Part shown: positions 1-12,000 of the stretch, in pieces | Numbering within the stretch: the first letter of the stretch is position 1 | Layout: the number at the start of each line of letters is the position of its first letter | DNA from: Thermoanaerobaculia bacterium | GTDB taxonomy: Bacteria; Acidobacteriota; Thermoanaerobaculia; Multivoradales; UBA5704 | Reading direction: 5' to 3' | Assembly (NCBI GenBank): GCA_044226625.1 | Contig: JBGAGQ010000008.1 | Location: 32,001 to 96,000 of the forward strand | Length of the DNA stretch: 64,000 nt | Notes under the pieces: model-generated | Database searches by the model: none | What the model saw: only the letters and a program-made list of their open reading frames with translations | Told to the model about the DNA's origin: nothing | Made by a program: the position numbers and the translations under genes

Positions 1-3000
1 GGGTCCGGGTCGTCGCGGTCGAGAGCTCCAGTCGCCGTTCAGCGTACCGTTCGTGCGCGGAGCGATCGAGCGGGCGCGCTCCGGGCAGCGGAACAGATTG
101 CGAGAACCCGGCCAGCTCCGCGCGCCAGGCCTTTTCGGCCCGGGCGAGATCACGGCTGCCGAGCCAGGCAACGTACGACCGGAACGGTGGCGCCGGGGCC
201 ATCTCGAGACTTCGGCCCTCGCGGAACGCCGCGTAGGCCGCGAATAGATCGCTCAAGAGGCGCGGGACCGACCAGCCATCCAGAATCAGGTGATGGACCA
301 GCCAAACCAGATCCAGCTCGGTTTCGGTCCGCCTCACGAGCACCCAACGCAGGAGCGGCGCACGGGCGGGATCGAGGCCGCGCAGGCGCTCCGATTCGAG
401 CAGATCCAAGAGCCGCAGCTCCTGCTCGGCTTCCGGCACTCCTCGCCAGTCTTCCTCGGCCCACGGCAGCTCGACATGGCGCAAGACCACCTGGAGGGGC
501 CGCTCCAACCCTTCCCACAGGAACGCGGTGCGCAGGGCCGTGTGGCGCTCGACAACCCAGAGCCAGGCGCGACGAAAGGCGTCGGGGTCGAGAGCTCCTC
601 GCACGCGGGCGTGAACCGAGTGGACGTAGGTCCGCGACTCCGGGGCGAGCAGGCCCTGAAAGAGCATGCCCTCCTGCAAGGGCGTCAACGGATACGCGTC
701 TCCGATCTCGGCGGCGATTTCGGCCGGCATCGAGGCGGCAAGCGACTCTAAAGCGGGGGCGCCGAGATCCCGCGTTACCGGGCTCTGTTCGACGTCGCGC
801 TCCGCCGTGCCACCTCGCGCCGGCTCGAGCAGTTGAGCGATCGTCGGCCGTTCGAACAGCTCGCGAGAGGTGAGCTCGACGCCGATCTCCCGTGCGCGGG
901 TCGCGATCTGGATCGCCAGCACGGAATCGCCTCCCAGCTCGAAAAAGTCGTCGTCGACCCCCACCTCAGCGATCCTCAGTAGGTCCGCCCAAATCGCCGC
1001 CAGCCGTGCTTCAGATCCTGGTTGGGGACGCCGCAGCGGTGTCGACAGCGCCGGCCGGGCATGTCCAGGAAGCATTGGGCTCGGCGCCTCGGCCGCCGCC
1101 TCTCGTCTCTGCAAACGCACCACCCGGTCGCCGCTCGCAAGGGCCGCTTCGATCGCCGCGACGTCCAGTTCGCCGTCCGTCCGGAGGGCGAGCGCGAGCG
1201 GGCGGGAAAGGCCGTCGGCGAAGTCCTCGACCAGCGTCTCGGCGGCTTCCGCGAAGGCATGGGCGGCCAGCGAAGAACCGATCGTCGCCACCGCCGGCCG
1301 CTCGATGCCTCGGTCGCGACAAGCGCCGAGGAAAGAGGTGGCCACACGCAGAGCCGCCTCTCCTTCGGCGAGCGCGTCCGCCGAGGAGTCGCCCTCGAGG
1401 CGAAGCCCCAGCAAGACCGCCGAACCTTCCACCGCCGCGTTGAGTGCTTCTCCGAAACGAAAGTCGAGCGCGTCGCATTCTCCAGCCGTCGCAACGTGCT
1501 CGCACCGCCACCGTATCGTTCCTCCCTCCGCGGTCGGGAAGTCGCCGAGGTCCGTTCGGCTTTCCAACCACAAAGCGTCCGAGATCGGCGCTTCTGGAGC
1601 GACCGGCTCGGCCCGCGATACCCAGCGCTCGCCGCGGCGCCAGGCCGCGGACTCCTCTCCATCGGCGAGCAACTCGGCGGCGAGAAGCTCGACGGTCGCC
1701 GCGACCTCGCGCGCGCCGCTCGGCCTCGAAGCGAAGTCGACGGTCTTGAAGCCCCGTCCGGCCCGTTCGACCAGAGCCCGAGCCAGTCCCATTCGCAGCG
1801 AGCGTTCGGGCGTCACCCGCGCCTCACCGAGAATCGCCGTGCAGCCAGCGGTGATCGCGACCAACCGCGAACCGCGCGGGGCCTCCGTCCCAAACCGGCC
1901 CGCGAGCTCCACCAGAGAGTCGAGAGGCTCCGCCGGAACGGCGAGTTCCGAGAGGTCGACGAGGCGACAAGCGTCCGGGCCGGCGAGGCGTGACAACCAG
2001 CGACACCGCGGTTCGGCCGCGCCTGCTGTGTCGCCCAAGACCTCCGCGCGAACGCCTGCCTCCCGCAGTCTCTCGGCGAGCCGCAGCGCGACCGCCCCGC
2101 CCCCCACGATCTCGTGTTGCGGCAGTTCCGCCACCGGACGAGGCCGAGCCGAACGACCCCAGGCTCGCGCCTGAACCGCGGCGGCTGCACCGATCGGCGT
2201 CGACTCCACGAACCGGCCGGCCGCCTCGAGGTGGAATCGGCGGCGCTCGAACGGATAGGTCGGCAACGAGACCTTTCGCCCGGCTCCCTCGAGCACCGCG
2301 TCCCAGGCCAGGGACACGCCCCCGCACCAGAGCTCTCCGAAAGCCCGGAGCCATCGGACCCGCTCGGGACCGGCCTCCTCGCCCGCACGCCCGAGCGCCG
2401 AAGCGAACACGGTCCCGGAGGGGGCCGTCGGGTGTCGGGCGGCAAGGGCGGCCAGCCCTCCGCCCGACCCGACCTCCAGGTACGCTCGGCCGGGCGTCGC
2501 GAAGAGCGTCTCGAGACCCTGCGAAAAACGCACCGGCCGCCGAAGGTGCTCCACCCAGTATCCGGGATCCGTCGCCTGATCGTCGCGAATCCAGGTTCCG
2601 GTCAGGTTCGAGAGGAAGGGCAGGCGCGGCGGTGATAAAGGGAACGTCTCGAGTCGTCGTCGGAAATCGCCCAGGATCGGCTCGGTCGCGGACGAATGGA
2701 AGGCACGCGACGTGCGCAATCGGCGGGTTTCGATCCCCGCCGCTGCCAAACGAGCTTCGAGGTCTTCGATCGCCGGGATCGGCCCGGAGAGCGTGCAGAG
2801 ACCGGGTGAATTGACCGCTGCCAGGTCGATTTCTCCGAACCCCGAAGCGAGCCAGGGAGACAACCCCTCCTCCGCCAACGCCACGGAGATCATCGCTCCC
2901 TCGGGGAGCGACTCCATCAGCCGCGCGCGTTCCGCCACGAGCGAGACCGCGTCGGACTGCGACAGAACACCCGAGAGCGTTGCCGCGACGTATTCGCCAA

Positions 3001-6000
3001 GGCTGTGTCCGAGCATCGCCACCGGTTGGCCGGCTCTCGCCACGCACGCGCGGGCGAGCGCCATCTCCAACGCGAAGAGGGCCGGCTGGGCGTTGAGCGT
3101 CCTCTCGAGCGCCGAGGCCGCCTCACCCGACCCCGGATCCGCCAGCAGCCAGGATCGCGGATCGATGGACAGCTCGCGGAGGAATCCTTCGCTCCCCTCG
3201 TCGAGCGCGGCGCGGAAGGCCGGATCGGCCTCATAGAGCTCGCGCCCGGCGCCGGGCCGAAGGGTGCCCTGCCCCGGGAACAGGAAAACGACGTCGGCCG
3301 CCTCGGCCCCGGGCGTGCCCGGGTCGTCACGCCTCAACGAGGCGACGGCTTCTTCGAGATCGGAGGCGACGGCGAACCGGCGATGGGCGAATCGCCGCCT
3401 GCCGCTCGCGAGGGTCCGCGCCACATCCGCGAGCGGCAGATCGGGGCGACGTTCGAGGTACGTCGCAAGGCGCTCGGCAGCGGTGGAGAGCGCCGTGGGC
3501 GTCCGGGCCGACAGAACCAGAAGCCGAGGAACGCCGATGGCCTCCGGCTCCACGGGAGGCTCGGGCGCCTCTTCGAGCACGACGTGGGCGTTCGTTCCGC
3601 CCATCCCGAAGGAGGACACGCCGGCCCGCCTCGGTCCGGATCCCGACTCCCAGCTCTCCAGTTGGCGCGGCGCCCGGAAGGGGCTCGCGGCGAGGTCGAC
3701 CGCAGGGTTGGGCCGCACGAAATGCAGCAAAGGCGGGATCGTCCGCCGCTCGATCGCCAGCGCCGCCTTGATCAGTCCAGTGACCCCGGCCGCCGCGTCG
3801 AGGTGGCCGATGTTGGCCTTGATCCCGCCCAACGCGCAGGCGCCGGGTTTCTCGCCCGATGGGCCAAAAGCCTGCGTGAGCGCGCGGATCTCGATCGGGT
3901 CGCCCAGCGGCGTTCCGGTGCCGTGGGTCTCGACATAGCCGATCGAACCCGGTTCGACCCGGGCCGCCCGAAGGGCCGCGGCGATTACCGCCGCCTGCCC
4001 CTCGATGCTCGGCGCGCTGTAGCCCACTTTGCTCGCGCCGTCGTTGTTGATCGCCGACCCGAGGATCACCGCGCGTACGGGGTCGCCGGCCGCCAGTGCA
4101 TCCTTCAAACGTTTGAGCACGACCACCGCGACGCCGTCGCCGCCGAGGGTTCCATCGGCACCGGCGTCGAACGGTCGGCAGTGACCGGTCGCCGTGCGCG
4201 TGCCGCCAGGCACATAGAGGTAACCCACCCGCTGCGGGAAGGAGATCGAAACGCCGCCCGCGACCGCGACGTCGCACTCGTCGAGTCGCAACGCCTGACA
4301 GGCCAGATGCACGGCGACCAGAGAGCTCGAACAGGCGGTCTGCACGGCTACGGCGGGCCCGTCGAGGTCGAGGCGGTACGAGACCCGGCTGGCCAGGAAA
4401 TCCTTGTCGTTCGACAGCGTCGCGCGTAGCCGATCAATCCCTGACGTGGCGCCGGAGGCGACCAGGTTCATCCAGTACGAGCTCGCCGTCGTTCCCGCGT
4501 AGACGCCGATTCGACCGGTAGCCCGCCGCGGATCGCAACCCGCGTCCTCGAGGCCCGACCAGACGCATTCGAGAAATACCCGCTGCTGCGGATCCATCAG
4601 CTCCGCGTCGGCCGGGCTGTAACCGAAGAACTCGGCATCGAAACCATCGGCGTCGTCCAAGGTCCCGCGCGCCGGAACGTAATCCGAGCGGCGGCTCAAC
4701 GCCTCAGGAACTCCCGCCGAGGCGAGCTCGGCAGCCGAGAAACGGGAGATCGATTCGACCCCCGCGCAAACGTTCGCCCACAGTTCTTCGACATTGGCGG
4801 CGCCCGGGAATCGACCGGCCATCCCGACGATCGCGATCGCCGATTCGACTCCGGCCCCGCCACTCGAGCGCAATCTGCGCTCCGGAACGGGAGCGCCTCC
4901 CAGATGCTCCGCGAGCGCCGCGATGGTCGGATACTCGAAAAGATCCATGATCGAGGGAGGCCGCACCGAGCTGCCTGCCAGGCGCTCGGCGAGGCGGTCT
5001 TCGACCTGGATCAACAGCAGAGAGTGGCCGCCGAGATCGAAGAACGTGTCGCGAATCGCCACGCTCTCGCGCCCGAGAACCTCGCACCAGACCTCGGCGA
5101 TCAGGCTCTCTAGATTTGAGCGGGGCTTCTCGCTCTCGGCGGCGGCTGGCGCCGCATACGCTTCGGGGAGAGCGCGTCGATCGATCTTGCCGTTCGGAGT
5201 GATCGGCAAGCGCGGCATTTCGAACAGATCGGCCGGGATCATGAACGCCGGCAGGCGCTCGCGCAAGAACGCCCGAAGCGCCGGCCCACCGACGGGCTCC
5301 TCGCCGGTTGCGACGTACGCGACGAGACGGATCTCCCCCGCGCCGTCCCTTCGGGCGACGACCGCCGCAGCACGTACCGAGGGGTGATCGGCGAGCGTTG
5401 CCTCGATCTCTCCGAGCTCGACGCGGAAGCCGCGAATCTTCACTTGAGCGTCACGCCGTCCGAGGAAATCGATCTCTCCGCCAGGCCGGTAGCGGCCGAG
5501 GTCGCCCGTCCGATACATCCGCTCTCCGGAGTGGATCCAGGGCTCGGGCAGGAAGCGCTCGGCGGTGGCGCCGGGCCGGCCGAAGTAGCCCCAAGCGAGA
5601 CCGTCTCCCGCGACGTAGATCTCTCCCATCACACCGACGGGGACGGGCTCGAGGCGCTCGTCCAGCACGAACGCTCGGCTGTTCGCAACCGGGCGACCGA
5701 TGGGAATCGGCGCCTCGACCTCCTCGATCCGTTTCCAAGTGCTGAAGGTTCCGTTCTCCGTGGGGCCGTACCCGTTGTAGACCCTTCCGGGGCCCGCCGC
5801 CATGGCCGCCTCCACCGCCACCGGATCGCATGCCTCGCCGCCGAAGATCAACAACCGAAGCGGGCTGAAAGCCGTTTGCGCCTCGCGGGCGACGCGATGA
5901 AACAAAGCGGTGGTGAGGAACAAGACCGAGATTCGGCGGCCCCGAATCTCTTCCCCCAACCGTCGAGGCGAGAGCACCGCTTCGCGCGGCAGCCCGACGA

Positions 6001-9000
6001 GGCAGGCACCGTTGAGCAACGCGCCCCAGATCTCGAAATTGGAGGCGTCGAACGAAACGTTGGCGAGCTGCGCCACGCGATCCGAGGCGGCCACGTCGTC
6101 GCCGGTGCCGCAGACCAGGCGCACCACGGCGCGATGCGGGATCACGTTGCCCTTCGGCGTTCCGGTGGAGCCCGAGGTGAAGATGACGCAGGCCGCGCTC
6201 AGGGCGAAGCTCGCGATCGGCAGCGGTGAAGGATCGACGGCGGCGATCTCGGCGGCGAAGGAATCGAGATCGAACCGGCGAGCGGTCCCGTTCGGTAGCG
6301 GGCGATCCAGACCGCGATGCACGAGCAGCACCCTCGGAGAGACGTCCGCGAGCATGCCCGCGAGCCGCTCGGCGGGATGCGAAGGGTCGAGGGTCACAAC
6401 CGCCGCTCCCGCCTTCACCACACCCAACATGGCCACGATCAGATCGGCCGAGGGCTCGAGCAACAGACCGACGAAGTCTCCGGGACGAACTCCGTGGGTG
6501 GTGAGCCAACGCGCCATCCGGTTCGCCTTTTCGCCGAGTTGCCGGTAGGTCTCGCACCGCCCGTCGAATTCGAGCGCGGGCGCCGCGGGCGCGCGAGCGC
6601 ACCGCTCGTCGAACACCTCCTCGAGAGAGCTTTCGCGCGGATAAGCCCTAGGAGCCGAGCCCCAGGCCGTCAGGATCTCGGCGCGCTCGGCTTCTCCGAG
6701 CCATGGCAGATCCTCGACCGTCGCCTCTTCCGACGCCTCCGCGATCCCCGAGAGGATCGCCTGCAAATGGGCGAGCACCCGGACGGCGGCCGCGCGATCG
6801 ACGCGAGCGATCCCATGTTGGATCCTCAGCTCCAGTCGGTCTCCCGGCGAAACGATCAAGGCCAGCGGAAAACTGGTCCGCTCGGTGGCACCGAAGCCGC
6901 CGATTTCCAGGTCGAGGCGATCGGTCAGGCGGGCGGCGAAGTCCGTTCCTAGCGGATAGTTCTCGAAAACCAACAACGATTCGAACAGCGGCAGAGGCCG
7001 CGGGATCTCGGACAGCGGTTGGATATCAACCAGCGCCATCGCCTCGAACGGCTGAAGGTCGATCAACGCCGCTTGCAAGCTTGAGAGCCAGGTGGCGACC
7101 GCCCTACGAGGCGGCGCCTCACCCCGATACGGAAGGGTATTGATGAACAGGCCCACCATTCCCGCGACCCCGTCGAGCGAAAGCGAGCGGCCGGAGACCG
7201 TGGTCCCAAACAGAACGTCCTTCGATCCCGAGGAACGCGCGAGCAGAAGGGTCCAAGCGCCCAGGAGGAACGTGTTGAGCGTCGTCTGTCGCCGACGAAC
7301 CGAGGCGACGAGCGCCGCAGTCGCGGGCGCCGGCAGACGCACGACGAGCTCCTCGATGGCACCCGGCGGCGCCCCCGGACCCCCTTGGTCCTCGGGCAGC
7401 GCGGTAGTCACGGGAATTCCAGCAAGGCGCTCGCGCCACAGACGCTCTCGGTCCGCACGCCGGTTGGCGGCAAGGGCGGCCTGGTAATCGCGCGTCGGCC
7501 GCGGCGCGTCGATCGGGGCCTCGCCGAGGTCCAGCTCCGAGCGGTAGAACGCGAACAGGTCCGACAGCAGAATCGGCAGGCTCCAACCATCGAGAACGAG
7601 ATGGTGGTGAAGGAAGAGACAGCTCCATCGCCGATCGCCGATACGGGCGAGGAGAACGCGCGCGAGCGGCGCGCGTGCGAGGTCGAAACCCGCGCGCCGC
7701 TCGGCTTCGATCAAGTCGCCCAAGCGAAGCCCGGCCTCGCCCTCCGGCAAACCGCGGAGGTCCGCCGTCCGCCACGACAGCTCGGCGCGTTGGTGGATCA
7801 CCTGATGGGGTTCGGAGAGGTTGCGCCAAGCGAACGAGGTCCGAAGCGCGCCGTGGCGCTCGACCAGCCGAGCGAAGGACCTCCGCAAGGCCGGGGCGTC
7901 GAGGCGGCCGGTCAACGAAAAGCGGAAATCCGTGACGTAGGAGGACCCTCGGCCTTCGGCCAGCGCATGGTACAGGAACCCCTGCTGGAGCGGGCCGAGC
8001 GGCAAGACGTCCTCGACGTCGATCTCGCGGGAGGAGAGGATCTCGAGCTCCCGCACCGACAGACGCGAATACGGCACGTCCGACGGCGACAGGACGCTCG
8101 TCCGGCGCTCGCGGCAATGCGTGATCAGCCGCTCCAGATGTTCGCGGTGTGCCGCGGCCAACCGTTCGATGGTCTCGGCCCGGTGGCAGGTCTCGGCGAA
8201 GTACCAATCGATCTCGAGCCGCCCCCCGACGACCGCGGCATTGATCTCGATCAGAGCCGGACGGGGCAAGCGGCCATCGTGCTCGACTCCGGGGGCCGCG
8301 GTGATCCAGCCGAAAGGCCCCCCGTCCGGCAGCAGGGCGTCGAGCCGGCCGAGGTAGTTGAACGCGATCTCCGGCTCGCCCAGGGTCGCCAGCTCCCTGC
8401 GAAGATCCGCCGGCCCAAGCTCTCTCAGGAGGCCGAATCCGCCGCCCTCGTGCGGGACCTTGCGCACGGCTTCTTTGACCGCGAGGATCTCGGCCGCGGA
8501 GTCCTCGTCCGGCGGCAGCTCGACCGACAAAGGATGCACGGCCGTGAGCCAGCCGACCGTGCGGGAAAGGTCCAAATCGCCGAGCAGCCCGTCCCGGCCA
8601 TGGCGCTCGAGGGTGACGACAAGCCGGCGCGTGCCGCGCCAAGGCTCCGTCGCCCGCGCCAATGCGGCGAGCAGGATTTCGTCCGGACGCGCCCGGTAGG
8701 CCCGGGGCCCCTCCTTGAGCAAGCTCGCCGTGAATCCTTCGCCGATCGTGACGCGCCGGCGGACCACCGCCCCGCGGAGGTTCGGGCCGGCCCCGTCACG
8801 CGGCACCTTGGGAATTCCCTGGGCGACCACCGAACGCCAGTAGGCGATCTCGCCCTGAAGCGTCGACCCATTCGCAAGGTTGCGAAGGTGAGAGCCGTAC
8901 ACGGCGAGCGAGGTCGGCGTGGGAACCGGCCTGGCCGGCGCTCCCGCCGCGAACCCGAGGGTCGCCTGGACCAACTCGTCCAGAACGATGCGCCACGAAA

Positions 9001-12000
9001 CGCCGTCGATCGCGAGGTGGTGGACGGCGAGGAACAGGCGTCGATCCACCGGCCCCCGTACGAGCACCGCCCGTACGATCGGTCCAACTCGCAGGTCGAG
9101 ACTCGCCTGGAGCGAGGTCCATGGCGTCGCTATCGTCTCGTAGCGGTCGGCCTGAAGCGCCGACAAATCGATCTCGGTCAGCCGTTCGAGGCCGGAGGGA
9201 GCTTCGATCCGCTGCTGCCAAGCCCCGGCTTCCTCGACGAAACGAAGGCGGAACGCACCGTGCCGGGCCACGACCTGTGCGAAAGCCTGGCGCATCGCGT
9301 GGGTCGGGACTCCCGCAGCGACCGAAAGAAGGAGCGACTGGTTGTACCAGGCGTATCCCGGGCCCGCGGTGGCGAGAAACCTCCGCTGGATCGGAGAGAG
9401 CTCGACCGGACCGACCTCGATCCCTCCTCCGGTCTCGGCCTGCCGTATCTCCGTGACCCGAGCCAGCTCGGCGATCGTCTGGTGCTGAAAGAGCTGGCGC
9501 GAGGCGAGCCGCAACCCCGCTTCGGCGGCACGCGCGATCACCTGAATGCTCAGAATCGAGTCGCCACCGAGCTCGAAGAAGTTGTCGTCGATTCCGACCT
9601 CCGGAATGCGGAGGAGCTCGCTCCAGATCTCGGCCAGGCGCGCTTCCACCGCCGTTCGAGGAGCTCGAGACGCGCTCCCGCCGGAAAGCCTAGGCGTCGG
9701 CAGCGCGCGCCGATCCAACTTGCCGTTGCGGGTCAGCGGCAGAGTCTCGAGCTCGACGAACGCCTGAGGGACCATGTAGTCCGGGAGCCGAGCGCGCAGG
9801 TGGGACGCCAACTCTTCTGCTTGCGAAGATCGGGCGTCGGCGCGCCGAACGAAGTAGGCGGCGAGCCGTCGGGTCCCGACCTCGTCCTGCCACGGAACCA
9901 CCGCCACGTCCCGGATCGAGGCATGCTCGCCGAGGATCGCTTCGATCTCGCCGGTCTCGATCCGGAAGCCCCGGATCTTCACCTGATGATCGATCCTCCC
10001 AAGCGAGTCGATCGATCCGTCGGGTCGAATGCGCGCCAGATCGCCGCTGTGGTAGAGGCGTGCGCCCGCCACGCCTTCCGGATCGGGACGGAACGAATCG
10101 GCGGTGAGGTCGGCCCGGCCGAGATAGCCTCGGGCGAGGCCCGCGCCGCCGATGCGCAGCTCCCCGACGCCCCCCATTGGGACGAGCCGCCCCTGGCGAT
10201 CGACGATCCGGAGGTGGACGTTGGCAAGCGGCCGGCCCAGCGTCGGGCGGTCCCCCTCGACGCGGGCCGCCGTGGCATCGACCGTACACTCGGTCGGACC
10301 ATAAACGTTGACCAGGTCGACGTCCGCCAGCTCGACGAGCCGATGCCAGAGGGCCGGATCGATCGCTTCGCCCCCGACCAGGAACAGGCCCGGGCGTGCC
10401 GACTGGTCGAGGCCGTTGGCGAGCAGCAGTCGAAGCTGGGAGGGCGTCGTATCGATCGCGTCGATCCGGTGACGTCGAGCCCAGGCGAGCAAGTCGGCGC
10501 CCTCGCGCCGCGCCGCCTCGGGAAGCAGAAAAACGGCGCGGCCGGCCGCGATCTGGAGCCACTGTTTGACCGAAGCGTCGAACACCAAAGGCGCGTTGAG
10601 TCCGACCCGCGCCACTCGGGAGTGCTGGTAGACACCCCGTTCGAGCGCGCGGACGAGGTTCACCGCCGCCGAGTGCCGCAGCATCACGCCCTTCGGCTTG
10701 CCGGTGGAGCCCGACGTGTAGATCACATAGGCCAGGCGTTCGGGCTCGATCTCGACGGCAGGCGGAGTCGAATCCTCGGCGGCGATCACCTCGGCGTCGG
10801 CGTCGGGACGGAGCAGGGCGAACGGCTGATCGGCGAAATCGGCCGTCGCGTTCGCCGCCACCACCAGAACTTTCGCCCCGGAGTCGGCGAGGATTTCGGC
10901 CAAGCGGCGGGTCGGCTGCTCCAGGTCAAGCGGCAAGAATGCGGATCCCGCCTTGAGAATCCCCCAGATCGCGACCACCAGATCGACCGTGCGGCCGAGC
11001 GCGACCCCCACCGGCGAATCCGGTTGCGCCCCCAGGACGATGAGCCGGCGGGCGAATCGGTTCGAAGCGCCTTCGAGCTCCTCGTAGGTGAGGGTTCGAT
11101 CTTCGGCGCCGACGGCGATCGCCCGCGGCGTCGCGCGAACCCGTTCCGCGAGGAGCTCGACGAGGTTCATGGCGCCCGGTCCGGCGGTCGCGGTGTCGTT
11201 CCACTCCCAAACCAGGGCGTGCAGTTGCGCGGTGCTCAGAGGATCGAGGTCGGAGAACCGCCGAGCAGGATCTTTCGTCGCGGCGGTCAAGAGACGGTCC
11301 AGCTGCCCTACCAATCGTTTGGCCGTCGCCGGATCGAACAGGTCGGTCCGGTATTTGAGGGCCACGGCCAAATCCCCACGGCCGCGCTCGGCGAAGGTCC
11401 ACGTCAGGTCGAACTTCGCTGTCCCGTTGTCGCTTCCCCGCGGGGTGAACGTCAGGCCGCCCGCGGTGACCGGCTCCACCGTCTCGTCGAGGACGATGAG
11501 GGTTTGGAACAATGGGCTCGACGCGAGGCTCCGTTCCGGCGCGAGCTCGTCGACCAAGACCTCGAACGGCAGATGGCGATGGGCGTGGCCGGTGAGAAGC
11601 TCTTCCCGCGCTCGAGCCAGCAGATCGCCGAAGCTCAGGTCGCCGTCGCTGTCGAGGTAGAGGACCAGCGTGTTGACGAAGTAACCGATCAAGCCTTCGG
11701 TCTCGGTCTGCGATCGGTTGGCGATCGGATAGCCGAGCGCGAAATCGTCGCGTCCGGCGTAGCGCGCGAGCAACGCGTGCGTCGCCGCCACCAGCACCAT
11801 GAACAGCGTGGCGCCCTCGCTCTGGGCGAGCGCCCGAAGGTCGACTACCAGGCCGGCCTCGAAGCGGAGCTCCACGACGCTCCCTCGGTCGCCGGCCACG
11901 GCGGAACGCGGCCTGTCGACCGGCAGCTCGACGAGCGCCGGGGCGCCGGCGAGCCGATCGCGCCAGAAGGCGACTTCGCGCTCGCGCTCCAAGGCGATCA

